Source: an uncultured Candidatus Saccharibacteria bacterium
GTDB lineage: Bacteria; Patescibacteriota; UBA1384; 2-12-FULL-50-11
DNA: 40,888 bases
Assembly: GCA_964348645.1 (NCBI GenBank)
Contig: CAYGDK010000002.1
Span: 1 to 40,888 of the forward strand
Reading direction: 5' to 3'
The notes below the pieces were generated by a model. The model did no database searches and was not told the origin of the DNA. It saw only the letters and a program-made list of their open reading frames with translations. A program made the position numbers and the translations under genes. Shown here one piece after another: positions 16,679-25,496 of this stretch. The stretch's first letter is position 1. Each line of letters starts with the position of its first letter.

Positions 16679-18761
16679 CTAAAACGCTCATACTTTCAAA
16701 TGTTGGGGCGTCGTTAGTTGCAACCGTAAAGCCAACCTTTAATTGAAGAACGTTAGCGTCAATTTGCATTTCTGCTCTATAAATCTTTCTGTCTGTGTCT
16801 GGCACAAGCTCAGTTACAGCAACAAAAGCCGTATAACTTCCAGTATGATTTCTGTCATAGTTTAGAGTGTATCCCGTACTTGCTGGTAGATTTTCGTATG
16901 CAATTACAAAGTCGTGGAAGTTTTGTTGCACACCTCTAAATGGTACTAATAGTCTTGTTTCCATTGAGGCCAACTCTAATTTGTTTGAATAATCTAATTT
17001 GTCTACTCCACAATTTGTGGCGGTATGTGTTCCTGATTGAGAACCAGAAGTATCAACTCTTCCCGTTGCACCACCTGAAATTGCATGTGCTGAGGTGTCA
17101 TATAAGTTTAAAGTGTTTGTTCCTGTTGATTTTGCGTAATAAACAGTTCCAGCAGTAACTCCTGTAGGCAAAGCACCTGTCGTTGTAAATGATATAGGAG
17201 TGCCGTCTGATAATCCATGCCCCGTGTAGGTCACTACAGCAGGTGTAGCGATTGTCATAGTTACTGTAGAGGATCTTTTGTATGAAGCCCACATATCAAG
17301 ACCTGATACTAAAATTGAGCCTATTTCAACACCTGATGTAACAAGGGCACTACTGACACGCTCGGATATAGGAAAAGATAAATCAACAACAAAAGGATAG
17401 TTTCTTGTATGCCTACCAAGTACGTAAACCCCCTGATCTGCTGGGTTTCCAAGTCCGTTTGAGAATCCAAAAACAATTAATCCTCCCAAGTTTCCCCAAG
17501 CATTTGGGTGCACAGTTCCATATTTAGTAGGGGAGTAGTCACCTTTAATTTTTCTGTAAATCTCTAGGGTATGAGCAGAAGTAATATAATACATGTTTCC
17601 TGATATTCCAGCTTGAACAAAGATTGTATTATCTCCAATAATGAAAGCATTTATACCCACTTCGTCAACCTCGTCAAACTCTGAAAATGATACGCTCCAA
17701 GTATTCCACCAATAAACTTTGGCTTTTGCGATTGTTGCGTTGACGATTGTACCTATTATTAAATCAACACCCATTTTACCAAGAGTTTTAACCCTATCTG
17801 GTTTTTGAATGTCTAGGGCTTCACGACTAAATAAATGTGAACCATCGCTTTGCTCTTCTACTTGATGAATAAAGTGTTTGTCTCCAATATAAAGAATCAA
17901 GTTTTGTGTCTGCATTGGGTGGTATTCTGAATCTGATGTTGTATAAAGCTTGATGTTTCCACCCTCTAAATCAGAAGCAACACTACTTACTACCGTTGGT
18001 GTTCCAGTTGTTGAGCTTCCATATACATGAACGTGGTATGAAGAGCCAAGAGTTGGATACCATGTTGAGGCAAGAGAAAAGATATTAAATGCACTTGCGG
18101 TTACACTCGCATTGGCCAAAGTACCACTAGCAACCTCTGTATTTGCTGAATCGTGAATCTTAATTGTCCAGTCGGTTGAAGTTCCTTTTGCCCCAACATT
18201 TATACCAATTGCCTCAATTGGAGAATTAACAGGTGTAAATGTTTGTCTGTGTGTTGCGGTTTCACTTACTGATGTTGTTAATGAATATGTTTGACCAGTT
18301 CCGCCAATAGCTGTTTGATCTAGGTTCAACTCTGCCCAATCTTCCTCCGCGTTAGTTGCCCAATCAGAAGTTCCAGATACTCTAATTCTATGTAGTCTCT
18401 TTTCTGTTGCCCAATAAACAAAGCCGTTATACTCCCAAGCTCCAAGACAACTTGCACCACCAGCGTTTGGTGTTGTTGTGTGGGTTAGTGTCCAAACATT
18501 TGAGGCATCTTTAAATACTTTTCCGCTTGTAGATGAAAACCAATACTTGTTACCGTCTGAACAGTCAACGGATACCTTACAAAGAGATTCTACGATTGCA
18601 CCACTAGCTTTTGTTAACTTTTGTCTTACCTTAACAAGACCTGCTGTTGAATGTAAATCAACACCAATAAGTCTATTCCATGAACCTTTTGAGCCTGAAT
18701 ACTTTGAATCAGATTCACCACCCAAGTTTACATTATCAAGTGCTATCATTTGTGTTTTCAT
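16671..18761 (-). CDS. Large tail structural protein (696 aa)
   Basis: Track ORF in the tail block. No motif recognised. Confidence 0.75.
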   Translation of the reverse strand: MKTQMIALDNVNLGGESDSKYSGSKGSWNRLIGVDLHSTAGLVKVRQKLTKASGAIVESLCKVSVDCSDGNKYWFSSTSGKVFKDASNVWTLTHTTTPNAGGASCLGAWEYNGFVYWATEKRLHRIRVSGTSDWATNAEEDWAELNLDQTAIGGTGQTYSLTTSVSETATHRQTFTPVNSPIEAIGINVGAKGTSTDWTIKIHDSANTEVASGTLANASVTASAFNIFSLASTWYPTLGSSYHVHVYGSSTTGTPTVVSSVASDLEGGNIKLYTTSDSEYHPMQTQNLILYIGDKHFIHQVEEQSDGSHLFSREALDIQKPDRVKTLGKMGVDLIIGTIVNATIAKAKVYWWNTWSVSFSEFDEVDEVGINAFIIGDNTIFVQAGISGNMYYITSAHTLEIYRKIKGDYSPTKYGTVHPNAWGNLGGLIVFGFSNGLGNPADQGVYVLGRHTRNYPFVVDLSFPISERVSSALVTSGVEIGSILVSGLDMWASYKRSSTVTMTIATPAVVTYTGHGLSDGTPISFTTTGALPTGVTAGTVYYAKSTGTNTLNLYDTSAHAISGGATGRVDTSGSQSGTHTATNCGVDKLDYSNKLELASMETRLLVPFRGVQQNFHDFVIAYENLPASTGYTLNYDRNHTGSYTAFVAVTELVPDTDRKIYRAEMQIDANVLQLKVGFTVATNDAPTFESMSVLVD

Positions 18762-18762
18762 T

Positions 18763-20262
18763 TTATGTGTTTGGCCTTTCTTCTTTTGTCCATACGCTTG
18801 TTGATTCCTTTACAACTTTTGTCCAAATACTAGTTGCCTCTTTAGCTATTTTAGTCCATAAAGTGATCAATAGTCCATTGAGAGTTCTAATGAGGTTGTC
18901 TGATATAGTTATTCCATCGTCCAAATTCTTTGCCTTAACCGATGTCTGTGTGTCTGTTAAATTAACATCTTCACTAAATGTTTTAGTATATCCAAAGATC
19001 TTTGAGAAAGCGTCACTAGCATTTATTGTGTCTGAGAATGATTTCCCTAAAGTACTAATCATTGTGTCAATTGCTACTACAACATCTGCAAGTACTCTTG
19101 TTGTCGCCTTAACAATGTTGTCTGAGACTAAAGTTTCGTCGGATAAATTTCTAGTTATATCTTTTGTGGTATTATCTGTTGGAATTATTGTATCGTCAAA
19201 ACCGAGACCTTTACCCCTCAAGTCTTCGTAATTATCTGTCAATGTTATTTCTGTTTCCGTAAAAGAGGTAACATAGCCGTGAGCTTTAGAATATACCTCA
19301 CTCAATATAATTCCTGTTTCTGAAAAAACTCTTGTTGAGGCTCTAACTATATTATCAGACAAATTAACAACACTGTCGGTTATCGATCTTGTAACAGCTT
19401 TTATTATTGAATCTGAAATAACAATGTTGTCTGTGAGATCTTTGGTATAAGCGGTTGAATCTGGAAAATCGCTTGTTAAATATCTAACAATAACAACGCC
19501 CAAACCTCCAGCACCACCACTTCCAAAGCCTGTATTATAACCACCACCCCCACCTCCACCTCCGAGATTTGCAGTTCCAGCACCACCTGTTCCGTCTGCC
19601 ACACCATTACCACCACCTCCAGATCCACCAGTTCCACCAGTTGATCCAGTTCCTCTATCGTCCCAACCTCCACCACCACCTCCAGCGTAAGTAACAGAAG
19701 AACCAGTAATTGAATTTGCAGTACCAGCCCCTCCGTTAGCACCATTTGTTGTTGCATTTGATCCATTAGCTCCAGCTCCACCACCACCTCCACCAGCCCT
19801 GTTTACTCCCGTGTCTCCCGTTCCAGTTCCACCGTTACCACCCTGACTTCCAGTTCCACCACCTGTTGTTCCAGCAGATTCTTTCATTCCTCCACCTCCA
19901 CCAGATCCTCCGTTTCCAGCTGTTCCAATATTGAAACCTCCACCAGATCCTCCACCGTTTGCCGTGACCAAAGAACCAAAAGAAGAGTTGCTACCAGTTG
20001 ATCCGCTACTTCCTCCAGTTCCACCAGCACCACCAGCACCGACAGTTATTGTATATCCTTGTGCCGTGACGGCCTGAGAAGCGGTATATTGATAGCCACC
20101 AGCACCTCCACCCCCACCGTATGAGCCACCTCCACCTCCACCACCAATTGCCAAAATTGCTACATTTCCAGAATTTGAAACTGTAAAAGTTCCACTAGAA
20201 GTAAATTTGTGGACTGTATAAGATCCATCTGTTGTGATTGTTCCTCCTGTTGGTGCTGGCAT
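18763..20262 (-). CDS. Glycine-rich tail-fibre-like protein (499 aa)
   Basis: N-terminal PAPTGGTITTDGSYTVHKFTSSGTFTV, then about 240 aa of G/S/T/A/N low complexity, then a C-terminal half with repeated SDNIV(K/R)A(S/T)TRV units. Confidence 0.8.
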   Translation of the reverse strand: MPAPTGGTITTDGSYTVHKFTSSGTFTVSNSGNVAILAIGGGGGGGSYGGGGGAGGYQYTASQAVTAQGYTITVGAGGAGGTGGSSGSTGSNSSFGSLVTANGGGSGGGFNIGTAGNGGSGGGGGMKESAGTTGGGTGSQGGNGGTGTGDTGVNRAGGGGGGAGANGSNATTNGANGGAGTANSITGSSVTYAGGGGGGWDDRGTGSTGGTGGSGGGGNGVADGTGGAGTANLGGGGGGGGYNTGFGSGGAGGLGVVIVRYLTSDFPDSTAYTKDLTDNIVISDSIIKAVTRSITDSVVNLSDNIVRASTRVFSETGIILSEVYSKAHGYVTSFTETEITLTDNYEDLRGKGLGFDDTIIPTDNTTKDITRNLSDETLVSDNIVKATTRVLADVVVAIDTMISTLGKSFSDTINASDAFSKIFGYTKTFSEDVNLTDTQTSVKAKNLDDGITISDNLIRTLNGLLITLWTKIAKEATSIWTKVVKESTSVWTKEERPNT

Positions 20263-20269
20263 ATTTTTA

Positions 20270-20506
20270 TTATCTTTCTATTTTAATTGTCTGATCTATA
20301 CACTTTAAAAACAATGTGTCCTTTTTGATATTTTGTTCGTTAATGACAATACTGTTTCTTGCGTCTACCATTTCTTGAGAAGTCTTTTTGTATTTTTTAA
20401 TAGCTTCGTAGAAGTAAATTATATTTACCCTTGCCTCAATTATTCTTCTTGAGACCATGTTTCTGATATTGAACAGGTGCTGTTTGTTTGTAAGAATTTC
20501 GTCCAT
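20270..20506 (-). CDS. Hypothetical protein (78 aa)
   Basis: Track ORF. Confidence 0.6.
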   Translation of the reverse strand: MDEILTNKQHLFNIRNMVSRRIIEARVNIIYFYEAIKKYKKTSQEMVDARNSIVINEQNIKKDTLFLKCIDQTIKIER

Positions 20507-20512
20507 ACAATC

Positions 20513-20518
20513 ATTATA
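20513..20518 (-). promoter_or_regulatory. -10 hexamer TATAAT, 6 nt from ATG 20506
   Basis: Minus strand reads TCTATAATGATTGTATG. Confidence 0.35.
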
Positions 20519-20543
20519 GACTAATTAATGGGGTTAGTTAAGC

Positions 20544-21104
20544 TTATGCTTGGTTGTAAACCACGTTGTGGGTCACTTGAAGTGTATCTGTGTTAACTAC
20601 GTTAACTGCTGAAAATGTTTGAGAAGCCAACATGTTTCCGCCTGATGTATTATTGTCGAATAATCCCTCTTCTGTTAATGCAAGAGAACCTGTAAATGTA
20701 AATGTTTTAACCCATCTTGCTGTATCACCTGTTGATGTTGTTGTCTGATTTGAACAAGTGGCCGCACCCCTTGAGCCTCCGTTTGTTGTTGATTCTGAAC
20801 CTAAAGCGGTTGTTGATGGTGTTCCAACTCCAAGTGCAATAGCTGTAACTGGTGCTGTTGTAACTCCGTTTACTTGTTTTGCTGAAAGCAATAGTCCTAC
20901 GTCAGTAATTGTATTGTGTCTTATAACTTCAAGTGTGAAGAAACCTGTAACAAAAGGTATAACTGCGTCTACTCCAAAGTTCTTTTTAAGAAACTTCCAA
21001 AGAAAGTTACCACTAAACATTGGCTTTCTATTGCCGTTTTTGTCAAACAAAGCCATCTCTGTCCAACCTCTTGCACCTGCTTTTGAAAACATACTTTTAT
21101 TCAT
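20544..21104 (-). CDS. Virion structural protein (186 aa), Thr/Gly/Ser-rich
   Basis: Track ORF in the structural block. Confidence 0.65.
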   Translation of the reverse strand: MNKSMFSKAGARGWTEMALFDKNGNRKPMFSGNFLWKFLKKNFGVDAVIPFVTGFFTLEVIRHNTITDVGLLLSAKQVNGVTTAPVTAIALGVGTPSTTALGSESTTNGGSRGAATCSNQTTTSTGDTARWVKTFTFTGSLALTEEGLFDNNTSGGNMLASQTFSAVNVVNTDTLQVTHNVVYNQA

Positions 21105-21294
21105 CTTTAAGTCCTTTCAATTCTTTTTCTCCGTAATGACTAATTCCCTCGACCAATTCTTTTTTAACCATGTCTACTTCTTTTGAGCTTACTTTATAAA
21201 CAAAACCTCTTTCTGAATCAAATGAGAACGCCAAGACTACATGAATATCACCATCTGAGGACTTTACTTTTTGACCGACTTTGAACTTATTCAT
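21097..21294 (-). CDS. Hypothetical protein (65 aa)
   Basis: Track ORF preceded by a TTGACA-17-TAAACT promoter. Confidence 0.6.
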   Translation of the reverse strand: MNKFKVGQKVKSSDGDIHVVLAFSFDSERGFVYKVSSKEVDMVKKELVEGISHYGEKELKGLKDE

Positions 21295-21300
21295 ACATTA

Positions 21301-21329
21301 AGTTTATGCTTTTAAAAATGGCGTGTCAA
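21301..21329 (-). promoter_or_regulatory. Promoter TTGACA-N17-TAAACT, 6 nt from ATG 21294
   Basis: Minus strand reads CTATTGACACGCCATTTTTAAAAGCATAAACTTAATGTATG. Confidence 0.45.
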
Positions 21330-21335
21330 TAGATA

Positions 21336-22058
21336 TTATCTACCTTGCAACCTAGTATCATCTGCCAACTCCGCCGTTATCTTTCTATCTGTGTTTTGTT
21401 GTGTGTATGCACTCATTAATTCTTCAAAGTCTTGTTCAACTTTTAACTCTAACTGATTAAGTGGTAATGGTTTTTCTCTTGTAGATTTCCAAACAATAGA
21501 GATTCTTCTTGCCCAAATCTCGTGAAACAACATTGGGATTGCAACACTTGTTGTAGATTCTGGCGTGGCTAGATCATCACTTGATGTGATACTTGCTGTT
21601 GATAAGTCTTGAGGAAACGCGTTGTAGTAAAGTTTAAGACCATCTGTAACACTAGCAATAGTACCACTATACAAGTAGATTGAATTACGCCTTAAATCGT
21701 ATTTGGCATGGCCTTTTTCGTTTGAGAAGTGTGAGGTTACGATTGATTCCTGATCAGAATCATTATATGTGTTTCTATCAATCTCATCTAGTTTAAGATA
21801 GTCATTGCCCGTTGCAAACTTGGCTTCTACTCTTGTGATACCATTTAAAACATCTGATGGAAAACCATACTCTCTTTGGTTTGCAACCAAACTTCTTGTG
21901 GCTGGAATCTCAAATGCGTCTTCTTTTGATAGTGAAATCTTGGCGGATAATGAGGGAAGAATGGCGTTACCCAAAAGAACAATCTGTGCGTCTGTTAAAA
22001 CGGTTGAATTGGTTTTTGTATACAACCTAACTGTACTTGCAAAGTCTGTTCCTATCAT
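21336..22058 (-). CDS. Head-tail adaptor/connector candidate (240 aa)
   Basis: Assigned by position after the capsid block. N-terminus ..LTDAQIVLLGNAILP.. is reminiscent of gp6-like connectors (weak). Confidence 0.6.
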   Translation of the reverse strand: MIGTDFASTVRLYTKTNSTVLTDAQIVLLGNAILPSLSAKISLSKEDAFEIPATRSLVANQREYGFPSDVLNGITRVEAKFATGNDYLKLDEIDRNTYNDSDQESIVTSHFSNEKGHAKYDLRRNSIYLYSGTIASVTDGLKLYYNAFPQDLSTASITSSDDLATPESTTSVAIPMLFHEIWARRISIVWKSTREKPLPLNQLELKVEQDFEELMSAYTQQNTDRKITAELADDTRLQGR

Positions 22059-22064
22059 ACAATA

Positions 22065-22073
22065 AGTATAGCA
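22065..22073 (-). promoter_or_regulatory. Extended -10 TGCTATACT, 6 nt from ATG 22058
   Basis: Minus strand reads AGTGCTATACTTATTGTATG. Confidence 0.4.
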
Positions 22074-22208
22074 CTATTGAGACTTACCACAAATGGTACA
22101 ATCTTGATTTCTCTCGTCTGGGTGGAAGCCGTACTTGGTTAATTTGCCACCACAAAATCTACATTTACCGTTTAAATACCAGATGAATGACTGAATGAAG
22201 TGGGGCAT
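22074..22208 (-). CDS. 44-aa Zn-ribbon micro-protein
   Basis: Hand translation MPHFIQSFIWYLNGKCRFCGGKLTKYGFHPDERNQDCTICGKSQ (CxxC..CxxC). TAATG overlap with the upstream stop. Confidence 0.4.
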   Translation of the reverse strand: MPHFIQSFIWYLNGKCRFCGGKLTKYGFHPDERNQDCTICGKSQ

Positions 22209-22780
22209 TATCCCTCTAGGGCTGTCAAAACTGTTTTGTTATCTTTTTTGTCGTCTGTAATTTCAAACTCGTTGTGTAAAGCTTCATCTGTTGCGGTTTG
22301 ATAGTTCTTAATAACGTCTGCAACCTGTTGTGGTACATCTACATAAACACCTTTTGGAATGTTAAGCCTATAACCATTTAATATAACGGTTTCAATTGAC
22401 TTACCTCTGACTTCTTTACCCTCAAGATTAACCATAATTCTAACTGTTGGTTGACTTAATAGGTTAGTTTTCATTCTTTCTGCTTTGGTTTGATGAAGTT
22501 TTTCGTCTTCTTTGGTTGTATTACTTGCCAAAAATTGTTTTTCGTCAACCTTTGCGTCTGTTTTGTTAAGCTTCTCTTGTAATTCAAGAATCTGCTTTTG
22601 CATAGCAAGGATTAAACTTGTTACGTCTACATCGCCTTGTAATTTAACTTCTTTTTTGACAGTCTTTTTAACTTCTGGTGTTGTTGGATTAGGAATAGTA
22701 GGGGTTACCTCTGGAGGTATACCTGTCTGTTGATCAGATGTAGGTTCGATTTTAGTATGTTTCGTTGCCATATGATTCAT
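22208..22780 (-). CDS. Hypothetical head-associated protein (190 aa)
   Basis: Track ORF. Pro/Thr-rich N-terminus and a coiled-coil segment. Confidence 0.65.
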   Translation of the reverse strand: MNHMATKHTKIEPTSDQQTGIPPEVTPTIPNPTTPEVKKTVKKEVKLQGDVDVTSLILAMQKQILELQEKLNKTDAKVDEKQFLASNTTKEDEKLHQTKAERMKTNLLSQPTVRIMVNLEGKEVRGKSIETVILNGYRLNIPKGVYVDVPQQVADVIKNYQTATDEALHNEFEITDDKKDNKTVLTALEG

Positions 22781-22789
22781 TATTAACTA

Positions 22790-22975
22790 TTAACTAGTTG
22801 TTGTCAAGCTAGTAACTTCTGCGTAATCAGTATCACTTACTCCGCCGTCTGCATTTAATTGAGAAACAGCCAAATTAAAAGCTGTCCTTAAATTTGTGAT
22901 GTCAGTTAAAAGAGAATCTAGGACTTGGCCTAATGCCTCGTTTCCATTAGTAACGTTTTGGTTAATTTGTGCCAT
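22790..22975 (-). CDS. Small capsid-associated protein, paralogue B (61 aa)
   Basis: AFNLAVSQLNADGGVSDTDYAEVTSLTT is shared with the neighbouring gene. Confidence 0.65.
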   Translation of the reverse strand: MAQINQNVTNGNEALGQVLDSLLTDITNLRTAFNLAVSQLNADGGVSDTDYAEVTSLTTTS

Positions 22976-22980
22976 AGTGA

Positions 22981-23235
22981 TTAGTCAACTGTTGTGGTTA
23001 GAGCTGTAACTACTGCTGTTGTCAAAGCTGTAAGTGCGGCATAATCTGTGTCTGAAACTCCACCATCTGCATTAAGTTTAGATACTGCTACGTTTACGCC
23101 AGTTCTGATCATTGCAAGATCTGATACTGCAAGGTTAACTTTTGCTCTTATTGCTGTCATGTCTGCAACTATTGCGTCCAAGACTGCGTTTGTGTCTGCT
23201 CTGTATAGTGATGTAGTTATATTTACTTCTGCCAT
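22981..23235 (-). CDS. Small capsid-associated protein, paralogue A (84 aa)
   Basis: GVNVAVSKLNADGGVSDTDYAALTALTT, with an internal repeat AIRAKVNLAVSDL / MIRTGVNVAVSKL. Confidence 0.65.
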   Translation of the reverse strand: MAEVNITTSLYRADTNAVLDAIVADMTAIRAKVNLAVSDLAMIRTGVNVAVSKLNADGGVSDTDYAALTALTTAVVTALTTTVD

Positions 23236-23239
23236 GTTA

Positions 23240-24205
23240 TTATTGTGTTGCTCCTGATACTAATATAACACCAAATGCGTTGTTCAAGATTTTAGTAATA
23301 AATGTTGCTTTCCAACCAGATGTTGATCTTTGATCAAGTGCGTCTGATGTTCCAGCAGAACCTAATGGTTTGATTATATTCTTTAATGCTTGTCCTGAGA
23401 TTCTAGTTATACCGTAGAAATCTTTACCAAAGATAGGTGATTTGTATACTTTTGCTGAGCTAGATCCCTCTGCAACTTCGTATGAGTTTTCTGAAAGTAA
23501 GAATCTTACATTTCCAAGTGCTCCGACTTCATCTTCCATAACCTTTGCTTGAGATGGGTACTTTTGTACTGGGATAAAGTTTGTGTCTCCCTCAAGATCT
23601 CTTAATACTTTAGGATGGATTATTCCGATAAATGCTCTTCCAACTGGAATTGTGTTAAATGCGTCCATTGGGTCGATCATCTCTGTGATCATTTTTGCGT
23701 GATTTGTTCTTAATGTTAAGACTGCTTCTTTAACTTCTGTTGCGTTTACAACCATTGAAGCTGTAATGTCTGATACTTGAGAAGCTGTACTTGCATATTG
23801 AATTGTTGTACCAGCTACTAAAACGTTTCTACAAAGTGTGTCTAATGTTTCACCTGCTTGGTCACCAAGAACGTTTGCTGTTTCAACTAAAAGTGGATCA
23901 AGTGTTGAGAATTGTAATACGTCTGAAAGAGTTACATAATCTCCATATTGTAAAACTGTTGCTGTAACGTCTGTGATTGACAATGCTGAACCTGCTGGTG
24001 TTACACCCTCTGTAAGTGCTGTTGTTGCGGCGGTCAAGTTACCATATCTCCTGAATTTAATTACCATTCCGTTACCTTCTGGTATATCTCTTACTTGTCC
24101 AAATCTTGTAAAGATGAAATTAGAAACTGCTCTGGTTAATAGAACTGGAGAATACCAATTGTCTGTTGCTTGTGTTACTTCTGCTGATGTTGTTATTGTA
24201 TCCAT
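23240..24205 (-). CDS. Major capsid protein (HK97-fold type)
   Basis: 321 aa, directly after the acidic scaffold gene. ..YGDYVTLSDVLQFSTLDPLLVETANVLGDQAGETLD.. is typical of caudoviral MCPs. Confidence 0.8.
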   Translation of the reverse strand: MDTITTSAEVTQATDNWYSPVLLTRAVSNFIFTRFGQVRDIPEGNGMVIKFRRYGNLTAATTALTEGVTPAGSALSITDVTATVLQYGDYVTLSDVLQFSTLDPLLVETANVLGDQAGETLDTLCRNVLVAGTTIQYASTASQVSDITASMVVNATEVKEAVLTLRTNHAKMITEMIDPMDAFNTIPVGRAFIGIIHPKVLRDLEGDTNFIPVQKYPSQAKVMEDEVGALGNVRFLLSENSYEVAEGSSSAKVYKSPIFGKDFYGITRISGQALKNIIKPLGSAGTSDALDQRSTSGWKATFITKILNNAFGVILVSGATQ

Positions 24206-24224
24206 GTTTTTATGTTTTTAAACC

Positions 24225-24250
24225 AAAAAAAAACTCCCCTCTTCGGGAAG
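24225..24250 (-). terminator. Rho-independent terminator between scaffold and capsid genes
   Basis: Minus strand reads CTTCCC-GAAGA-GGGGAG followed by T9. The G-U pair works only in the minus-strand RNA. Confidence 0.65.
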
Positions 24251-24285
24251 CTCCTTTGTTAGGTTTGCTTTTTTGATCTATATAA

Positions 24286-24314
24286 AGAATATACCTTTAT
24301 AAAAATCGTGTCAA
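24286..24314 (-). promoter_or_regulatory. Promoter TTGACA-N17-TATTCT (or N15-TATATT) upstream of the terminator and MCP
   Basis: Minus strand reads CCCCTATTGACACGATTTTTATAAAGGTATATTCT. Confidence 0.4.
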
Positions 24315-24345
24315 TAGGGGAAAATGGAGCAAAATAGCCTCCAGC

Positions 24346-25092
24346 CTATCTTTCCCTATAAGTTCCTGCTCGTCTCATGTCTGCAATTTTCTTTTGAATG
24401 TCTGCACCAGATAATCCTTTAAAGCTACCAACACCTGAGTTGTTTACTCCCTTGTCTCCAAGATCGTCATTATTTCTTCCTCCACCACCACCATTGTTTT
24501 TGTCTTTGTCTGCGTCTACGTCTGCTGTTCTCGCTCTCTTTGCACCAATTTTAACGAAAATGTCTAGTCCAGCAACATCAACAATAGCTTGGTTAATTGA
24601 CTTTCCTTTATATGATGGGTGATTAGCATACCTCAATATCTTTGTTTCAAACTTTGCTAGTTCTGGGAATGATGAGAATGTTTTCTCCCATTCGCTTTTA
24701 ACACGAGCTATCTCGTTAGCTTTCATAATAGGCTCAAGTGCCTGTTCTGCTACTTTCTGAGCGGTCTTTGCAATAACGCTTTTGTCTTTGTCGTCTAAAT
24801 CGTCGTCGTCGAGGTCGTCATCATCTCCCAAATCGTTATCGTCCTTTTTAATAACCTTTTTGTTTTTCTTGTCGTCCAAGTCTGGAGGGGATTGATTGTC
24901 GTCTTCAAAGTTAAAACCATCATCATCGCCACCGTCGTCGTCTTTATTACCAAAAAATCCACCGTAAGTTTTCTTTTGTTCATCGTTGAGTTTGTCTTGA
25001 TTATCTTTTAAGAAGTTTTTGTGGTCGTCGTTAAGCTGGTCTACTGGTAAGGCCGTTACTGTTTCAATTGTTAATTCGTTATTATCTGCCAT
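24346..25092 (-). CDS. Scaffolding protein (acidic, 248 aa)
   Basis: Track ORF trimmed to MADNNELT. Asp-rich runs (DDDGGDDDGFNFEDD, DDDDLDDDDLDD). Lies between portal and MCP. Confidence 0.75.
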   Translation of the reverse strand: MADNNELTIETVTALPVDQLNDDHKNFLKDNQDKLNDEQKKTYGGFFGNKDDDGGDDDGFNFEDDNQSPPDLDDKKNKKVIKKDDNDLGDDDDLDDDDLDDKDKSVIAKTAQKVAEQALEPIMKANEIARVKSEWEKTFSSFPELAKFETKILRYANHPSYKGKSINQAIVDVAGLDIFVKIGAKRARTADVDADKDKNNGGGGGRNNDDLGDKGVNNSGVGSFKGLSGADIQKKIADMRRAGTYRER

Positions 25093-25131
25093 TTTAGTAT
25101 TTGCTTTCCGTCTTTGGTTTAAGCTATATAC

Positions 25132-25161
25132 AGTATATGTACTGTTATACCTCTTTGTCAA
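25132..25161 (-). promoter_or_regulatory. Possible promoter TTGACA-N18-TATACT for scaffold/MCP
   Basis: The -35 lies within the last codons of the upstream ORF. Confidence 0.3.
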
Positions 25162-25495
25162 CTAGTTCAATCTTTTTGTTTTCGTAAGGATCAAGATTAA
25201 CATCTGGCAACTTTGTGGTTCTATTAATTGAGCCTATTAATATGTCTGGTGCATTTCTAAACCACAGACAAAGATCTCTTCTGTCTCTCTCCCTGTTTAA
25301 TTCTTCGCCCTGAATATCACTATCTAATATAGAAGCTTCGTATTTTTGAATCTTTACATCAAGTGCGTCAACAAGTCTTTTCCAACCTGCACGATTCTTG
25401 AGGTCTGAAAACTCCTCCATGATTGTTTCTGGCTTTTCATTATCTATAACTTCTTGAGTTAATTCGTCAACTGCTGTGTTTTTTCGTTTCTTCAT
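25145..25495 (-). CDS. Hypothetical protein (116 aa)
   Basis: Track ORF between portal and scaffold. Confidence 0.65.
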   Translation of the reverse strand: MKKRKNTAVDELTQEVIDNEKPETIMEEFSDLKNRAGWKRLVDALDVKIQKYEASILDSDIQGEELNRERDRRDLCLWFRNAPDILIGSINRTTKLPDVNLDPYENKKIELVDKEV

Positions 25496-25496
25496 T

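Noticed and set aside
19476-19793. 105-aa alternative-frame ORF within the Gly-rich fibre gene. Comparable cases are 24795-24983 inside the scaffold gene and 25625-25978 inside the portal gene
   Set aside because: These are frame-shifted readings of repetitive GGT/GAT-rich DNA. The translations are compositional artefacts (V/E/L or T/M runs).
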